A DNA stretch of 64,000 bases from Eledone cirrhosa (GCA_964016885.1 OZ024746.1:14942001-15006000); one strand, 5' to 3'; positions 39,399 through 54,118 are shown, counted from the first letter of the stretch. Numbers and translations are program-made. Notes: generated by a model not told the origin, from the letters alone.

Positions 39399-39528
39399 AT
39401 CATGTTTAATACAGAAATGGCTTCTACAGGACTAGAACTGTTTCATTCAAAAGAAAGCACCAGGAAATGATTTCTTTTGAATGAAACAGTTCTAGTCTTG
39501 TGGAAGCCATTTCTATATTAAACATGAT
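39399..39528. repeat. Palindrome of a PLE hammerhead-tail sequence
   Basis: atggcttctacaggactagaactgtttcattcaaaagaaa / tttcttttgaatgaaacagttctagtcttgtggaagccat. Confidence 0.9.
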
Positions 39529-40434
39529 ATATATATATATATATATCATGTTTATATAGATCATGTTTATATATATATATATCATCATCATCATCGTTTA
39601 ACGTCTATCTTCCACGCTAGCATGGGTTTAGATATATATATATATATATGATATGTAGGATCCCAATGTAAATCAGGAGGCAACCACTGTCAAAAAAGGT
39701 ACTCAATACGTTAGTAGAGTATAGGTATATTCATTATTATAGAAACTAGCAGAAAAACCACTCTTTGGGTGGTTTTCTGCTAGCATGTGTAATGTGCATA
39801 TTGATATTATACGCAAGTAGATATGATACATCAAATAAAATCGTAATTGACAATATACACAGAAATTGAACGAAGACTGTGTTACACTGTCTTATGTAAT
39901 CAGTGACGTAATCCATGGTACATTAAAAAAAAGACGATATTATATATAAACTGCATTAGGAGAAAATTAGTGACGGAAATATATGAATGTTTATTTAAGC
40001 GATTGCTAACCGGAAGTGTTGACATTTGAAAATTTTAAAGAAGTGAATCTTTAAATAAACAATAAAATATCTTTAATCAATAGCTACGAAATTTAGTAGA
40101 TAAATTATGTAATATTCATTCATTGGTGGATTGGCAGTATCGGTAGAGGGTCGGACGCCATGCTTTGACGCATAGTTATGGCCCTTGCCATTCTGAGTTC
40201 AAATCCCGCCGAGGTTAACTTTGTCTTTCATCCTTATGGGGTCGATAAAATAAAGTACTAGTAATACACTGGGTTATTGCTGGCCTTGTGCCAAAAGTAG
40301 AAACAATTATTTATTCAAAGTAATCCAACTTATTTTACTAATGGGATAAAAAATTATAAACCGTACGCAGTCCCGCATTCTTTACTTTATTATAGTTTAG
40401 ATGACTTTTACAAGACTAGAACTGTTTCATTTAT

Positions 40435-40850
40435 GATCGTCATTTTTCCATGCTAGCATGGGTTAGACGAGTTGTCCTGTTGTGAGATAAGCTGGATCAG
40501 GTAATTGTGTCTTACTCAGAGCTGATTTTGGCTTGGTTTCTATGGCTGCATGCCCTTCCTAATGCCAACCACATTTTTGTGGTTGGCACATGGGTGCTTT
40601 TTGTCGTGACACCTACATGACCAATTTACAGTGTGGACTAGGCGCTTTTTGTTATGGCTCCAAACCCGTCTTTACAGTGTGAATTCGGGGCTGGATAGGG
40701 AACTTATCTGGTGAAAAGTAGTGTGTTAAGGTGTGGGTGGTGTATAGAATGGAATGGGAGGGAAGGGTAGTGCATACTAGATATATGCTTCAACCCTTGC
40801 CTATGGGAAGGCGGGTCTTCTGTATTACTGCATAACGCCAGAGATCTCGA
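40435..40850 (-). mobile_element. RTE 3' end with long 3'UTR
   Basis: RDLWRYAVIQKTRLPIGKG* followed by the ttaggaagggcat module and the catgctagcatggaaaa tail. Confidence 0.75.
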
Positions 40851-41294
40851 TATATATATATATGTATTTTACTCTCTCTCTTTGTCTGTTTTCTCTCTCT
40901 CTCACTCTCTTTCTTCAATACCATATTACCAAATGGGTGGGTACAGTAACATTTGAGAGGTTTGATAATTTTATCAGAAATGTTTGAATGGCGGCAAAGG
41001 AAAGTGACTGGTTGCAACCGAAAATTGGAAAATTGTTGTTTTTGTCTTGCAGAAGGAGGACAAAGAAGAGAGAGAGAGAGAGAGAGAGATAGAGAGAGAG
41101 AGTGGAAGGAGCAGAGTAAGAGAGATAGAGAGAGGTAGAGAAGGAGAAAGAACGACAGAGAGAAAATGTTATGTTTGTCGTCAGTTGAGAAGGATGGTAT
41201 CTGTGATTATAATAACAGAGGAGATGGGGGAGAGGAAGAAGTTATTCTGTGATAACTTTTAGCATTGCTCCTTTGTGGTTTTTCAATTGTGACT

Positions 41295-41652
41295 CAAGTG
41301 GTAGTGGTGGTGGTCGTTATGGTGTTGGTGACGATGGTGGTGGTGGTGGTGGTTGTGATGGTGGTGGTGGTAGTGGGGGTTGTGGTGTTGGCGGTGGAGG
41401 TGGTTGTGGTAGTTGTTGTGATGGTAGTGGGGTTGTGGTGTTGGCGGTGGTGATAGTTGTGGTGGTAGTTGTGGAGGTGGTAGTTGTGGTGGTTGTGATA
41501 GTGGTATGGTAGTTGTTGTGATGGGGTTGTGGTGTTGGCAGTGGTGATAGTGGAGGTGGTAGTTGTGGTGGTTGTGATAGTGGTGTGGTAGTGGTTGTGA
41601 TGGTAGTGTGGTTCTGGTGTTGGCGATGGTGACAGTGGAGGTGGTGGTGGTA
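41295..41652. repeat. (GGT/GTT)-rich low-complexity tract
   Basis: Seen directly; similar tracts at 54360-54525 and 55637-56222. Confidence 0.9.
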
Positions 41653-41938
41653 GACAGGGATAAATTAATAAGGAATATTAGCCACCACACCCTTCTATTA
41701 TCAAATTATTCATTGGTGTTTTTTATTTGACTCATTGACACCAACACCTCCATTAACTCTGTTATATCTTTTTTCTTTCCCATATTTTCCCTCCATGTTC
41801 TCCACCCACCCTCTCTCTCTCCCTCTCTCTCTCCCTCTGTATATATATTTATATATACACATATACACACTCACACATATATAGTCTGGCACACAAGCTG
41901 AAACCACTTGATTCTGCAGGTGTGATTTTATCTCTCTG

Positions 41939-41984
<46 letters not shown>

Positions 41985-43358
41985 CTTTCGTTCCTCACAC
42001 AAACATCATACCAACAGAAATATTTATTTCATGGTTACACGAGCTGTCTGTTTTACATGGTACTTTTTCAGTTAAATCGTCAAAACCACAAGTGGTCTAA
42101 AAGCTGATGAGTGTATTTAAATGTTTGTGTCATCTTCTCTCATCCATTTTCTTCTTTTTCTCCTTTATTCCTATCACTGCTGTGGGCCAACACACTTCTA
42201 ACTGCTTATGTCTATTCTTTGAGGTAAATTTTACCTGTCACTGTCATTGATGGCATTTTGTTGTTTTAACAGCTTCCTTGTGTTGAGTTCTTCCAATTAT
42301 TCTACAAATTTTAATACACTCACACTTCAAACTCGATATTTGAGATAACTTTGTTTATCTCTCTCTCTCTCTCTTATATATATATATATATATATTTTTT
42401 TTTTTTTTCTCTCTCTCGTCTATGATTTCACAGAACTTACGTTCACCGAATTCACAGACTAGATCCCTTCTTCCTCCCGTTAGACCTGTACGGAATTCCT
42501 TCCTTACTCACATTCCAACCAGGTTTGATGGTCTTTATTCTCTCTCGTTCACGATTTCACCGAATTTAAATTCATAGAAATTTGGGACTTGACTCCTTCT
42601 TCCTCACTTTTCGTTGCTTCACCATCTTTGTTTGTTTACACTCATGTCCCCTTTATTTACGTGTCCCAACGACTTTTTTTAGCCGTTGCTTGCACCAACC
42701 GGAGGTATATGGTCTTTAAAGCGATGAAATACCAATGATGGTTGGAAGATCACTGATGAAGGACTAACTTTATTCATATGTAACCCATTAGCAACCACGC
42801 AGCACGTTTATTCTCATATATATATATATATATAGTGGAGATTATGATGTAACGCTGCGAGGATGAACCGGTTTCAGCAATCTAAAAGCACTTCACGTCA
42901 GTAGTGTATCCCCAGTGGAATGTTGGTGATTAGGTGTGATGGAGTTTCCTTTTACGTTACTTTTACATAATTGTTTTATTGCATAATATATATTATGCAA
43001 TGGTTATATCATTGGCAGTCCCCATGTGACATCATCAGATGCTCATACAATTATGAGGTGTTGTTATGCAACTATGCTGATATGCTGCTTGGTGTGATGT
43101 GAACAAATATGAGATACTAAGCTTTGTTTCTTATTAAATCGTACCTTACTGGCTTATAATAAAAAGGAACTCTCTGAGAAAAGTTTGTTAATGCTATTGT
43201 TGACAAATTTATTCTTTCTAGCTCGGTATATTGTTCAGTCTCTCATTTACACATTGAATCAGCCGCCAAACGCTGCTGCTGCGCCAGCAAGAGTAACAGT
43301 GCATCCATCCCAGACAACAATAGCAACAACAATAAAGACATTGGGGTTTGCTTTGATG

Positions 43359-43390
<32 letters not shown>

Positions 43391-43554
43391 CAATTATTAA
43401 TTGTATTAATTTTTTTTCATTCTCATCTACCCCCCCCCCCCCCCGCCATCATTTTCCCTCTTCCCATTCCCTCCCTCCTATCTATAATTCCTGAAAACTT
43501 CATGATGACATAGCTTTAACAAAGATGGTAATTAACAATAGGGTATTTATGACT

Positions 43555-44820
43555 GGAGGCGGCAAATAGGCAGTCATAAGAACGTCAAATAGAATGCTTT
43601 ATGGCATTCATATTGGCTCTTTGAGTTCAAATCCTGCCGAGGTCAACTTTGCTTTTTATCCTTTTGAGGTCGATAACAAAAAAAGTACCAGTCTAAGTAC
43701 TGGTGTCGATTCTTCCTCTATATCTCTTTCTTATTTCTTCTCTCTCACTTTCTATCTTTCCCTGAAAGAAATCTGCTGTACTCAGACCTGGAGAGGAATG
43801 GGCTCCACCACGCTTAAAATGCCCAAGAAACGCTGTATGCCAATACACCGCCCCTACAACTCTCTCAGGAGTTACGGGATCATACATATATATGATGGGA
43901 AAAGATTTAGGGTCTTTCAGTCTCGGTTCACTTCATTTCACTTATTGGCAGTATCGGTAGAGGGTCGGACGCCATGCTTTGAAGCATAGTTACCTCCCTT
44001 TATGATCTGAGTTCAAATCCCGCCGAGGTTAACTTTGCCTTTCATCCTTACGAGGTCGATAAAATAAAGTACCAGTAATAGAAACAATTATGTTACATTC
44101 TTTTTCATTTAAACATTTAAAAAAATTATTTATTTATTTTGGTTCTGTTTTACTTTAGTCATTTTTATTCCGAATCTTTTAATTCTTTATATATATTTCT
44201 CTATTTCTTATTCATATATATATATATTTCTCTATTTCTTATTCATATATATATATTTTTCATCTTTAAGTTCTTATCTTTCATCTATTTTATATTTTTT
44301 ATTCTTTTCTTCCCTTATTTGTTTCTTATCTTTATGCAATACTAGTATTTATATTTTATCTTTTATTTAGTCTCTGTACCATACTATCATTAATAGCATT
44401 ATTATTATTAAGAGCAATGGATTGGCAGTATCGGTAGAGCATCAGGCACTATGCTTTGCAGCATAGAGTTATGGCTCTTTGTTCTGAGTTCAAATCCCAC
44501 TGAGGTTAACTTTGCCTTTCATCCTTACGGGGTCGATAAAATAAAGTACCAGTAAGGCACTGGGGTTGATTTGGTCGACTTTCCCCCCTTCCCTCAAAAT
44601 TACTGGCCTTGTGCCTTAATCAGAAACCAGCGATGGATTGGCAGTATCGGTAGAGGGTCGGACACTATGCTTTGTCGCATAGAGTTACGCCCCTTGCCAT
44701 TCTGAGTTCAAATCACGCCAAGGTTAACTTTACCTTTCATCCTAAAGGGGTCGATAAAATAAAGTACCAGTAATGTACTGGATAATTGCTGGCCTTGTGC
44801 CAAAAGTAGAAACAATTATT
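43555..44820 (+). mobile_element. Cluster of four SINE family A copies
   Basis: Copies at about 43555, 43943, 44418 and 44633 with the family A head and core. Confidence 0.85.
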
Positions 44821-45317
44821 ATTAACAGTAAATGTCTTTGCAAGGTTTTTAAATTGATAATTCCCTTCTCAGGGCAGTTCCCCTTTTTATCAGTCCAAGT
44901 GCACTGACCATCATTGGTTATGTACAGACATTAAGGTGCCACATTTTCTCAATTTCAGTTGATTGATCTTTATACTTACTGATCTGTTCAAACTCTTTCT
45001 AAATAATCTATAGGCCTCACATGATCGGTGATCTCATTTAAAAAAAAAAAAATTTATTTTATCTTTAGTTTTTATTCTTTAACACTAGATCATCAAAAAT
45101 TATATCATCATCATCATCATCATCACTGTTTTTCGTCCATTCTTCCACAATAGCATGGGTTAGACGAATTACCCTGTTGTTGGCAATGCCAGGTCAGGTG
45201 ACCATGTCTTGCTCATACAGAACTGTGTATGTCTTTAGCACATTCTCTGTCTACCCTTGTGTGTTTGTAGCACATAACAGTCTGTCTACCCCTGTGTCTT
45301 ATATATATATAAATATA

Positions 45318-45678
45318 TCATCATCATTTTACGTCTGCTTTTCCCTGTTTGCAAGGGTGGGACAGGAACTGATTCTGGCTTGATTTCTACAGCTGGATGC
45401 CCTTCCTAACACCAACCTCAGTTACAGTGAGTGCTGGGTGTTTTCTTCCGTGGTGCCTACACGTCCACTTTACAGTGTGGGTGCTTTTTTTGCCGTGGCA
45501 CCTCCACGACCACTTTGCAGTGGAATGATAGGGACTCCAGTCCTATCATCTCATTTCTACAGCTGAGTAAACTGGAGCAATGTGAAATAAAGTGTCTTGC
45601 TCAAGGAAACAACACATCACCCGGTCTGAGAATTGAACTGACAACTTTTCGATTGCAGGCCCAAGCCATGTGCCTCCA
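45318..45678 (-). mobile_element. Composite SINE family B (tRNA head, ccttgagcaagacacttta core, RTE tail)
   Basis: Near-identical reverse complement of 63411-63751. Confidence 0.85.
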
Positions 45679-46707
45679 TATATATATATATAAAAATAAA
45701 AGTTATTCTTTATCATTAACATTAATATAAAAAATATTAATCATGTGTAATTATTTAAAATTTTTTTATCTGAATGTTTTTACAGAAGGTCCTCAATTTT
45801 CATATAGCTTAAGGGGTCAGCTGCTGAAAGTCCAGTTTTGGTTGCAGTGTAATTTAATAATAAATCTATTGAACTAGTAGTGGCCTGGGGTTAAACCAAC
45901 AACATATATCATTACAATATTGAGCCAACGAAGGCACTTCTACATGGTCATTCTATCTGTTAGAAATAGCAGCCAAATATCCTTACTGTCTTAAATATAG
46001 AATGGACATATTGGATAATGCAGACCCCTAAAAAGATGGGATGATCATGATAAATGCCCCTGATTAAAGGTCTATTAGGTTGACCTAGGATTAAACAGCT
46101 ATCACTACATGATAAAGAAACCTCTAAGTGGTCGCTTGGAAAGCTAAAAATAGTGACTTAAATCATACGTTACTGGCTTAATAATACAAAGGAAGAACGT
46201 ATTGAATATAATGTAGTCCTAGGTATACTTATATGAGAATAAAAGACAGAATGAGTAGACCAGTCCAGACTGGAGCAAATTTCATCATAGATTTAGGCTA
46301 AACAACAAGAGCAACATCACCATTAACATCAACAATAACACCACCACCACCAACAATAATAGTAACATCAACAACAACAGCACCACCAATAGCAACAGCA
46401 ACATCAGCAGCAACAACATATACCACCAAGACTCAGACTCTAGTCTTTCAATCCCATTCTAATATTCACACACACACACACATGTACATATATATACACA
46501 CATGCATATATACACATACACACATATGCACTACATATACACTACATATACATACAGTATGGTAGTTGCTTTAACCACCACTCCCACCCTACAGGATCTT
46601 TGATAATGTCTGTCTACTGTAGATACACACACACACACACACACCCTCAAACACATGCACAGAGAATGAGCTACACACACACACGCACACGCACGCACGC
46701 GCACGCG

Positions 46708-46746
<39 letters not shown>

Positions 46747-47230
46747 ACACACACACACATACATACATACATACATACATACACATTCAACAGTACAGGC
46801 ACATACAGATACATGAGTACAAAGAAAGAGCTACCAACACACACACACACACAGAATTAACTACACACACAGACATGGGTACACAGAGAATGTGCTACAC
46901 ACGCACACAATGAACTACACGCATGCACAGGAGTAGACAGTGTGTTATGTGCTACAAACACACATACATCAAACACACACACACAGAGAATGAAGTACAG
47001 ACACACAGGGGTAGACAGTGTGTTATGTGTCCAGTGGTAAAGTAGGAAAGGAATCCACTTTATTATTTGGACATATCTTAGACTCCCTATGTGTTAGTCA
47101 GCAGTAAGTTTAGTGTACAGATAGACTTGGTCTTGGGAGGAGGAGGAGATGAAGAGTGCAAGGACTACAGCTTATTACAAGCTAACTCTTCTACCCACCT
47201 ACCTGTCATAAGTAAAATTATATGTGATGA

Positions 47231-47277
<47 letters not shown>

Positions 47278-47875
47278 ATCATCATCATCGGTTAATGGCC
47301 ATTTTTCCATGCTTGCATAGGTTAGATAGGTTGACCACGGCCCTTTATGGTCTGAGTTCAAATCCCGCTGAGGTTAACTTTGCCTTTCATCCTTACAGGG
47401 TCGATAAAATAAAGTACCAGTAATACACTGGGTAATTGCTGGGCTTGTGTCAAAAGTAGAAACAATTATGATAAAAGTCTGGCCAGTTTGCTCAAACAGA
47501 ACTATATTTTGGGTGGGACTTTTACAGGTGGATATATATATATATATATATATTGTAAAGAGTCGTGACCTGATTGCTGTTGAAACAGCAGGAGCTCAGC
47601 CGTCGGGTTCCGACTCTTTATAATAAAACCATACTTTACTACCCCAAGTATTGAGTACTCTGTTGAGTAATGCTCTAACTAGTTTCAAACTGAATCCATC
47701 CTGATTTATATATATATATATATCTATAAGGGTTAAAATACTGGAGCGTCTTGGAGTTAAACACCCTCTTCGTATTATAGAAATGACAGTAAAAGGTATA
47801 GCTCAATGTAGTTAAACAGAGCCGAAGAATTAAGAAAGTAAAACAAAGAAGCCTTCAACACATCAAAAGTCTTTA

Positions 47876-47918
47876 TTAGCCGACAATGTTTCGTCCTATT
47901 AAGGACTCATCAGGGCAA
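47876..47918 (-). ncRNA. Canonical-core minimal type I hammerhead ribozyme
   Basis: Reverse complement: ttGCC-CTGATGA-GTCCT-taat-AGGAC-GAAAC-att-GTC-GGCtaataaa; perfect core, 5-bp stem II, GUC site, AATAAA immediately downstream; (TA)n-flanked PLE-like segment. Confidence 0.88.
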
Positions 47919-48203
47919 TTAAAACAACAAGAAGTATTATCGGCCAATACAAGCCGGGAACTCCGAAGAATATATATATATATAGTATTTACGTATCGAG
48001 AAAGAGAGAAAAAGGAGGGATAGGTGATACATATAGTTATTTGCCAAGAAGCGTATGCCAAAGGTGCTCGGTACTAGTGCCGGCAGTATTAAATATTTGA
48101 AGTGTTAATATTTAGTGGGCTAGAGAGTTAGCAGAGCGTAAGCACCTGGGAAAGTAAATAAACATGTTTTAACGGTCTATTCTCCGATTATTTACTTTCC
48201 CAC

Positions 48204-48238
<35 letters not shown>

Positions 48239-48379
48239 CACATGGCTTAGTGGTTAGAGCATTGGCTTTGCAATCGAAAGGTTGTGAGTTCAATTCTCAG
48301 ACCGGGTGATGTGTTGTTTCCTTGAGCAAGACACTTTATTTCACATTGGCCCAGTTTACTCAGCTGTAGAAATGAGATT

Positions 48380-48530
48380 GTATAGGATTCTGGTAGTGCT
48401 AGTGACGGTAGAAATTTAGGTACTGCCTATGAAGTCAGGGTTCCCAAAGCTTTTGATGAAAGGCATAAGATGTTTAGGGACTGTGCCTAGCTCCCCAATG
48501 ACGACTGGCATGTCTTCTGGTCTACATGGT
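48380..48530 (-). mobile_element. R4/Dong-like (RLE) non-LTR 3' fragment
   Basis: Reverse complement translates MPVVIGELGTVPKHL...ISTVTSTTRIL, resembling PVVIGALGTVPK...GTARILR. Confidence 0.6.
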
Positions 48531-48611
48531 GATCAGTTCTAATAGTGTATGTGTGTGTGTGTTTATATATATATATACAAACATTTTAAAATACACAGGC
48601 ACTCTCTTGCT

Positions 48612-48843
<232 letters not shown>

Positions 48844-49517
48844 CATATGTTCAATAACCAGCTGATATTAGGAAAAAAATATTCCTAGAGAGAGAAAGGT
48901 GAAGGAATAGACTAGAGTAAGCTTAGCAGATAGGGGGGTGGGGGCAGCAAGCATGGCAGAGTATCAAAGCCAGAAGAGCTCCCTATGGAGCTGGGCTTTA
49001 GATCTTTTATTATTACCGGTGAATTGGCAGTATCGGTAGAGGGTTGGATGCCATGCTTTCTAGCATAGTTACGTCCCTTTACAGTCCGAGTTCAAATCCC
49101 ACCGAGGTTAACTTTACCTTTCAGCCTTACGAGGTCGATAAAATAAAGTACCAGTAATGTACTGGGTAATTGCTGGCCTTGTGCCTAAAGCAGAAACAAT
49201 TATTACCCGCAGCAATAATAGAAGTGTGAAGGAGCTCCTGAGATAAATAAATCTGGTAATATTAGCATTGCCTTGAGCTGTTATAGTAGTAGTGACAAGT
49301 CTTTATTGGTTTTAGCTATTTGACTGCTGCCATGCTGGGGCAGCTCCTTTCAAGAGGTTTTTGTCAGATCATATCAACTGCAGTAATTATTTTATTGACT
49401 TCATTTTATCAAATTAATAAGTTCCAGGATACACACATAGCACAGACATAAACACACTCACACACACAGTTCTAAGGCCGAGTCAAGGTCCTGTTACTTT
49501 GTAGTTTTGTCTGAGTG

Positions 49518-50011
49518 TTAGTCATTAGACATGACTAACATAGTGTAAGTTTAGCAGTCATTAGACATGACTAACATAAGGAAAACAGTGTAAGTTTAGC
49601 AGTCATTAGACATGACTAACATAAGGAAAGCAGTGTAAGTTTAGCAGTCATTAGACATGACTAACATAAGGAAAGCAGTGAAAGTTTAGCAGTCATTAGA
49701 CATGACTCATATAGGGAAAGCAGTGAAAGTTTAGCAGTCATTAGACATGACTCATATAGGGAAAGCAGTGAAAGTTTAGCAGTCATTAGACATGACTAAC
49801 ATAGGGAAAGCAGTGAACGTTTAGCAGTCATTAGACATGACTAACATAGGGAAAGCAGTGAAAGTTTAGCAGTCATTAGACATGACTAACATAGGGAAAG
49901 CAGTGAACGTTTAGCAGTCATTAGACATGACTAACATAGGGAAAGCAGTGAACGTTTAGCAGTCATTAGACATGACTAACATAGGAAAAGCAGTGAACGT
50001 TTAGCAGTCAT
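49518..50011. repeat. 45-bp minisatellite, about 11 copies
   Basis: Unit gtttagcagtcattagacatgactaacatagggaaagcagtgaaa, with internal hairpin AGTCAT-tagac-ATGACT. Confidence 0.95.
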
Positions 50012-50657
50012 GAGATGAGACTATCACAGGGCAAGCAGTCAAAAAGATGTTTTTGCAAAAAAGATGTTTTTTAATAGCAAAAAAAGATGGTTTTGCTATT
50101 AAAAAGGGAGCTGACATGAGTACACTTAATTATGAAGGCATGTGGCTTAGTGGTTAGAGAATTGAATTCACAATCATGGGGTTGTGAGTTTGATTCCTGG
50201 ACCAGACAATGTGTTGCATCCTGGCGCAAGACATTATATTTGTATACCAGGAGTTGTGACTGGTAATGGAAAGACCAATGGAAACATTGTTTCCTTAGTC
50301 TGATTTGACAAAGTTTCACCTTATTAGGTAATCAAATAAGGTCTGGGACCTTGTTGATCGTAGCAAAGGAAAAAAAAATTAATTATACATTACAACAGAT
50401 GGTTAACAATTTATAGGAAGAAATCAGACGAAGAAAAAAAAAGTAAATGAAAAGCAGAAAAAAAGCATGAGAAGATGCACATGCCATAACAAGAGACACT
50501 GGAATTTCTGAGGCAAACCAACATACACATGGCATTGGTGTAGGTGATGTGTAACTAAGACACTTGAATAACAAAGCACCTTCACCAGGAGCATCACCTG
50601 ATAAGTTGGTCAAGTGAGCTCTGGCAACATTGACAAGATAATTTTGTTACAAATATA

Positions 50658-52808
50658 TTAACCTTTTAGCATTCACATTACTCTATATTTACTATTGTAT
50701 TTTCATGGTAAAGGCTTTATCTCACATAATATCTCACATAACATTCACATTACTCTATATTTACTATTGTATTTTCATGGTAAAGGCTTTATCTCACATA
50801 ATATCTCACATAACATTCACATTACTCTATATTTACTATTGTATTTTCATGGTAAAGGCTTTATCTCACGTAATATCTCACATAACATTCACATTACTCT
50901 ATATTTACTATTATATTTTCATGGTAAAGGCTTTATCTCACGTAATATCTCACATAACATTCACATTACTCTATATTTACTATTATATTTTCATGGTAAA
51001 GGCTTTATCTCACATAATATCTCGCATAACATTCACATTACTCTATATTTACTATTATATTTTCATGGTAAAGGCTTTATCTCACATAATATCTCCCATA
51101 ACATTCACATTACTCTATATTTACTATTATATTTTCATGGTAAAGGCTTTATCTCACGTAATATCTCACATAACATTCACATTACTCTATATTTACTATT
51201 ATATTTTCATGGTGAAGGCTTTATCTCACGTAATATCTCACATAACATTCACATTACTCTATATTTACTATTATATTTTCATGGTAAAGGTTTTATCTCA
51301 CGTAATATCTCACATAACATTCACATTACTCTATATTTACTATTATATTTTCATGGTAAAGGCTTTACCTCACGTAATATCTCACATAACATTCACATTA
51401 CTCTATATTTACTATTATATTTTCATGGTAAAGGCTTTATCTCACATAATATCTCACATAACATTCACATTACTCTATATTTACTATTATATTTTCATGG
51501 TAAAGGCTTTATCTCACATAATATCTCACATAACATTCACATTACTCTATATTTACTATTATATTTTCATGGTAAAGGCTTTATCTCACGTAATATCTCA
51601 CATAACATTCACATTACTCTATATTTACTATTATATTTTCATGGTAAAGGCTTTATCTCACGTAATATCTCACATAACATTCACATTACTCTATATATAC
51701 TATTATATTTTCATGGTAAAGGTTTTATCTCACATAATATCTCACATAACATTCACATTACTCTATATTTACTATTATATTTTCATGCTAAAGGCTTTAT
51801 CTCACATAATATCTCACATAACATTCACATTACTCTATATTTACTATTATATTTTCATGGTAAAGGCTTTATCTCACATAATATCTCACATAACATTCAC
51901 ATTACTCTATATTTACTATTATATTTTCATGGTAAAGGCTTTACCTCACGTAATATCTCACATAACATTCACATTACTCTATATTTACTATTATATTTTC
52001 ATGGTAAAGGCTTTATCTCACATAATATCTCACATAACATTCACATTACTCTATATTTACTATTATATTTTCATGGTAAAGGCTTTATCTCACATAATAT
52101 CTCGCATAACATTCACATTACTCTATATTTACTATTATATTTTCATGGTAAAGGCTTTATGTCACGTAATATCTCACATAACATTCACATTACTCTATAT
52201 TTACTATTATATTTTCATGGTAAAGGCTTTATCTCACGTAATATCTCACATAACATTCACATTACTCTATATATACTATTATATTTTCATGGTAAAGGTT
52301 TTATCTCACATAATATCTCACATAACATTCACATTACTCTATATTTACTATTATATTTTCATGGTAAAGGCTTTATCTCACATAATATCTCACATAACAT
52401 TCACATTACTCTATATTTACTATTATATTTTCATGGTAAAGGCTTTATCTCACGTAATATCTCACATAACATTCACATTACTCTATATTTACTATTATAT
52501 TTTCATGGTAAAGGCTTTATCTCACGTAATATCTCACATAACATTCACATTACTCTATATTTACTATTATATTTTCATGGTAAAGGCTTTATCTCGCGTA
52601 ATATCTCACATAACATTCACATTACTCTATATTTACTATTATATTTTCACGGTAAAGGCTTTATCTCACGTAATATCGAATCTATGAGATTTTGATATTA
52701 TTTATTTTGAGAATAATACCTTAATAAATACCTCAAAATAGCTGGTTTGAACAGAAAGAGGTGATAGCGTTCTAGCCGGATATGGCCAGTTAAATGCTAA
52801 AGGGTTAA
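50658..52808. mobile_element. piggyBac-like MITE carrying an internal 72-bp tandem array (about 28 copies, 50670-52676)
   Basis: TTAA-cctttagcatt-like left end ... aatgctaaaggg-TTAA; the single-unit homologue is at 2003-2184. Confidence 0.88.
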
Positions 52809-53509
52809 ATTAGTTCACAAAATGCAAGGTTTAATTGAGAATGCTTATGACAACTTGCTAAAGTTCCAGTAAAAAGTGTGAAGGGGATGTTAGAATCTTC
52901 CCACAAGTCTGATAAGCTATTGATTTCAGTCAGGCCAGATCATTACCTTTAGCTGATTGACCGTGTGAATATTGATGTTATATTGATACTTCGTTCCTGC
53001 TCATTATTATTATTATTAACACATTGCGGTGGATTGGCAATATCGGTAGAGGGTCTGACGCCATGCTTTGCAGCAAAGAGTTACGGCCCTTTAAGGTCTG
53101 TGTTCAAATCCCGCCAAGGTTAACTTTGCCTCTCATCCTTACGGGGTCAATAAAATAAAGTACCAGTAATGTACTAGGTAATTGCTGGCCTTGTACCAAA
53201 AGTAGAAATAATTATTATTAACACATTGCTTCTTAAGGATACCAATAATGGTGAAGTACCAAACGTAGAATCCCACATTGGTAGCCAGACTCACATAGTA
53301 TTGAGTGTTGAAACTGGTGAACAATCAGTAACTAAACATTATGTACCAAATACACTCTGGATCGGACAGAATGTTTTAAAATGCCTTTTAGTCACCTCGT
53401 ATGACACACATATCTCCCCCTTCTCTCTCTCTCTATATATATTAACCCCCCCCCTCTCTCTCTCTCTCTGTATTATTATTGTCTTTAAGGGTCTTCATTG
53501 ATTCTCAGA

Positions 53510-54118
53510 ATGGTTTGTGTGATTTCAAGCACATATTAGGAAGGTTTTCCACGTCTTTATGGATGGGAAGGTCAGGCTTGGACTTGGTAAGAAGTGCTGT
53601 TTCGCGGATCATCTGATGCCACATGTGAGAAGGAGCTATATGAGAAAGGGTAGGCAGCCACTGAGTAGGTAGAATGGATCTGGCTATCGACTGAGTCCAT
53701 AGTGAAGATCGACCTGCCATTTTCTTTTGGTCGGGAATGACAGGAAATTTTTCTCTATCTGGTGACAGTAGCGAAAGGGGTTGTGCAGTGGACTAGGTTG
53801 AAAGGAATGAAGATGGACAATTTTCTCTTTGGCCAATCCCATATCAACCTTTTTGAGTTTCAATTGGAAAGAAGGGTGAGGGTGGAGAGAGAAGTGCTGT
53901 CCCCCAGTACATTTGCTAAAAGGTGGGTGAATGTGGCGAGAATGGTCCATGTGAATGGGCCTGCTCTGAGCATGCACCTGGGGAATTTTCATTGTTGTAT
54001 TTTTCTTGTTACTTTATTATTGTTATTCATATTTTTTATATGTTATATATGTAAACCCCCACTGTCCCTGTCTATTGTATTGTCCGCTATATGTAAGCCC
54101 TTGTGGCCAATAGAAAAA
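53510..54118 (+). mobile_element. Tx1/L1-like LINE 3' fragment (degenerate)
   Basis: AKGVVQWTRLKG...LERRVRVEREVLSPSTFAKRWVNVARM, homologous to 56465-57175. Confidence 0.7.

Noticed and set aside
42745-42910. ctgatgaagg and reverse-strand ctgacgtga...gaaaccggt as hammerheads
   Set aside because: The core is incomplete or interrupted and the stems are not supported; at most decayed PLE tails.
50695-52695. 666-aa and 660-aa ORFs
   Set aside because: A 72-bp satellite inside a MITE; two frames are open only because the unit lacks stops.
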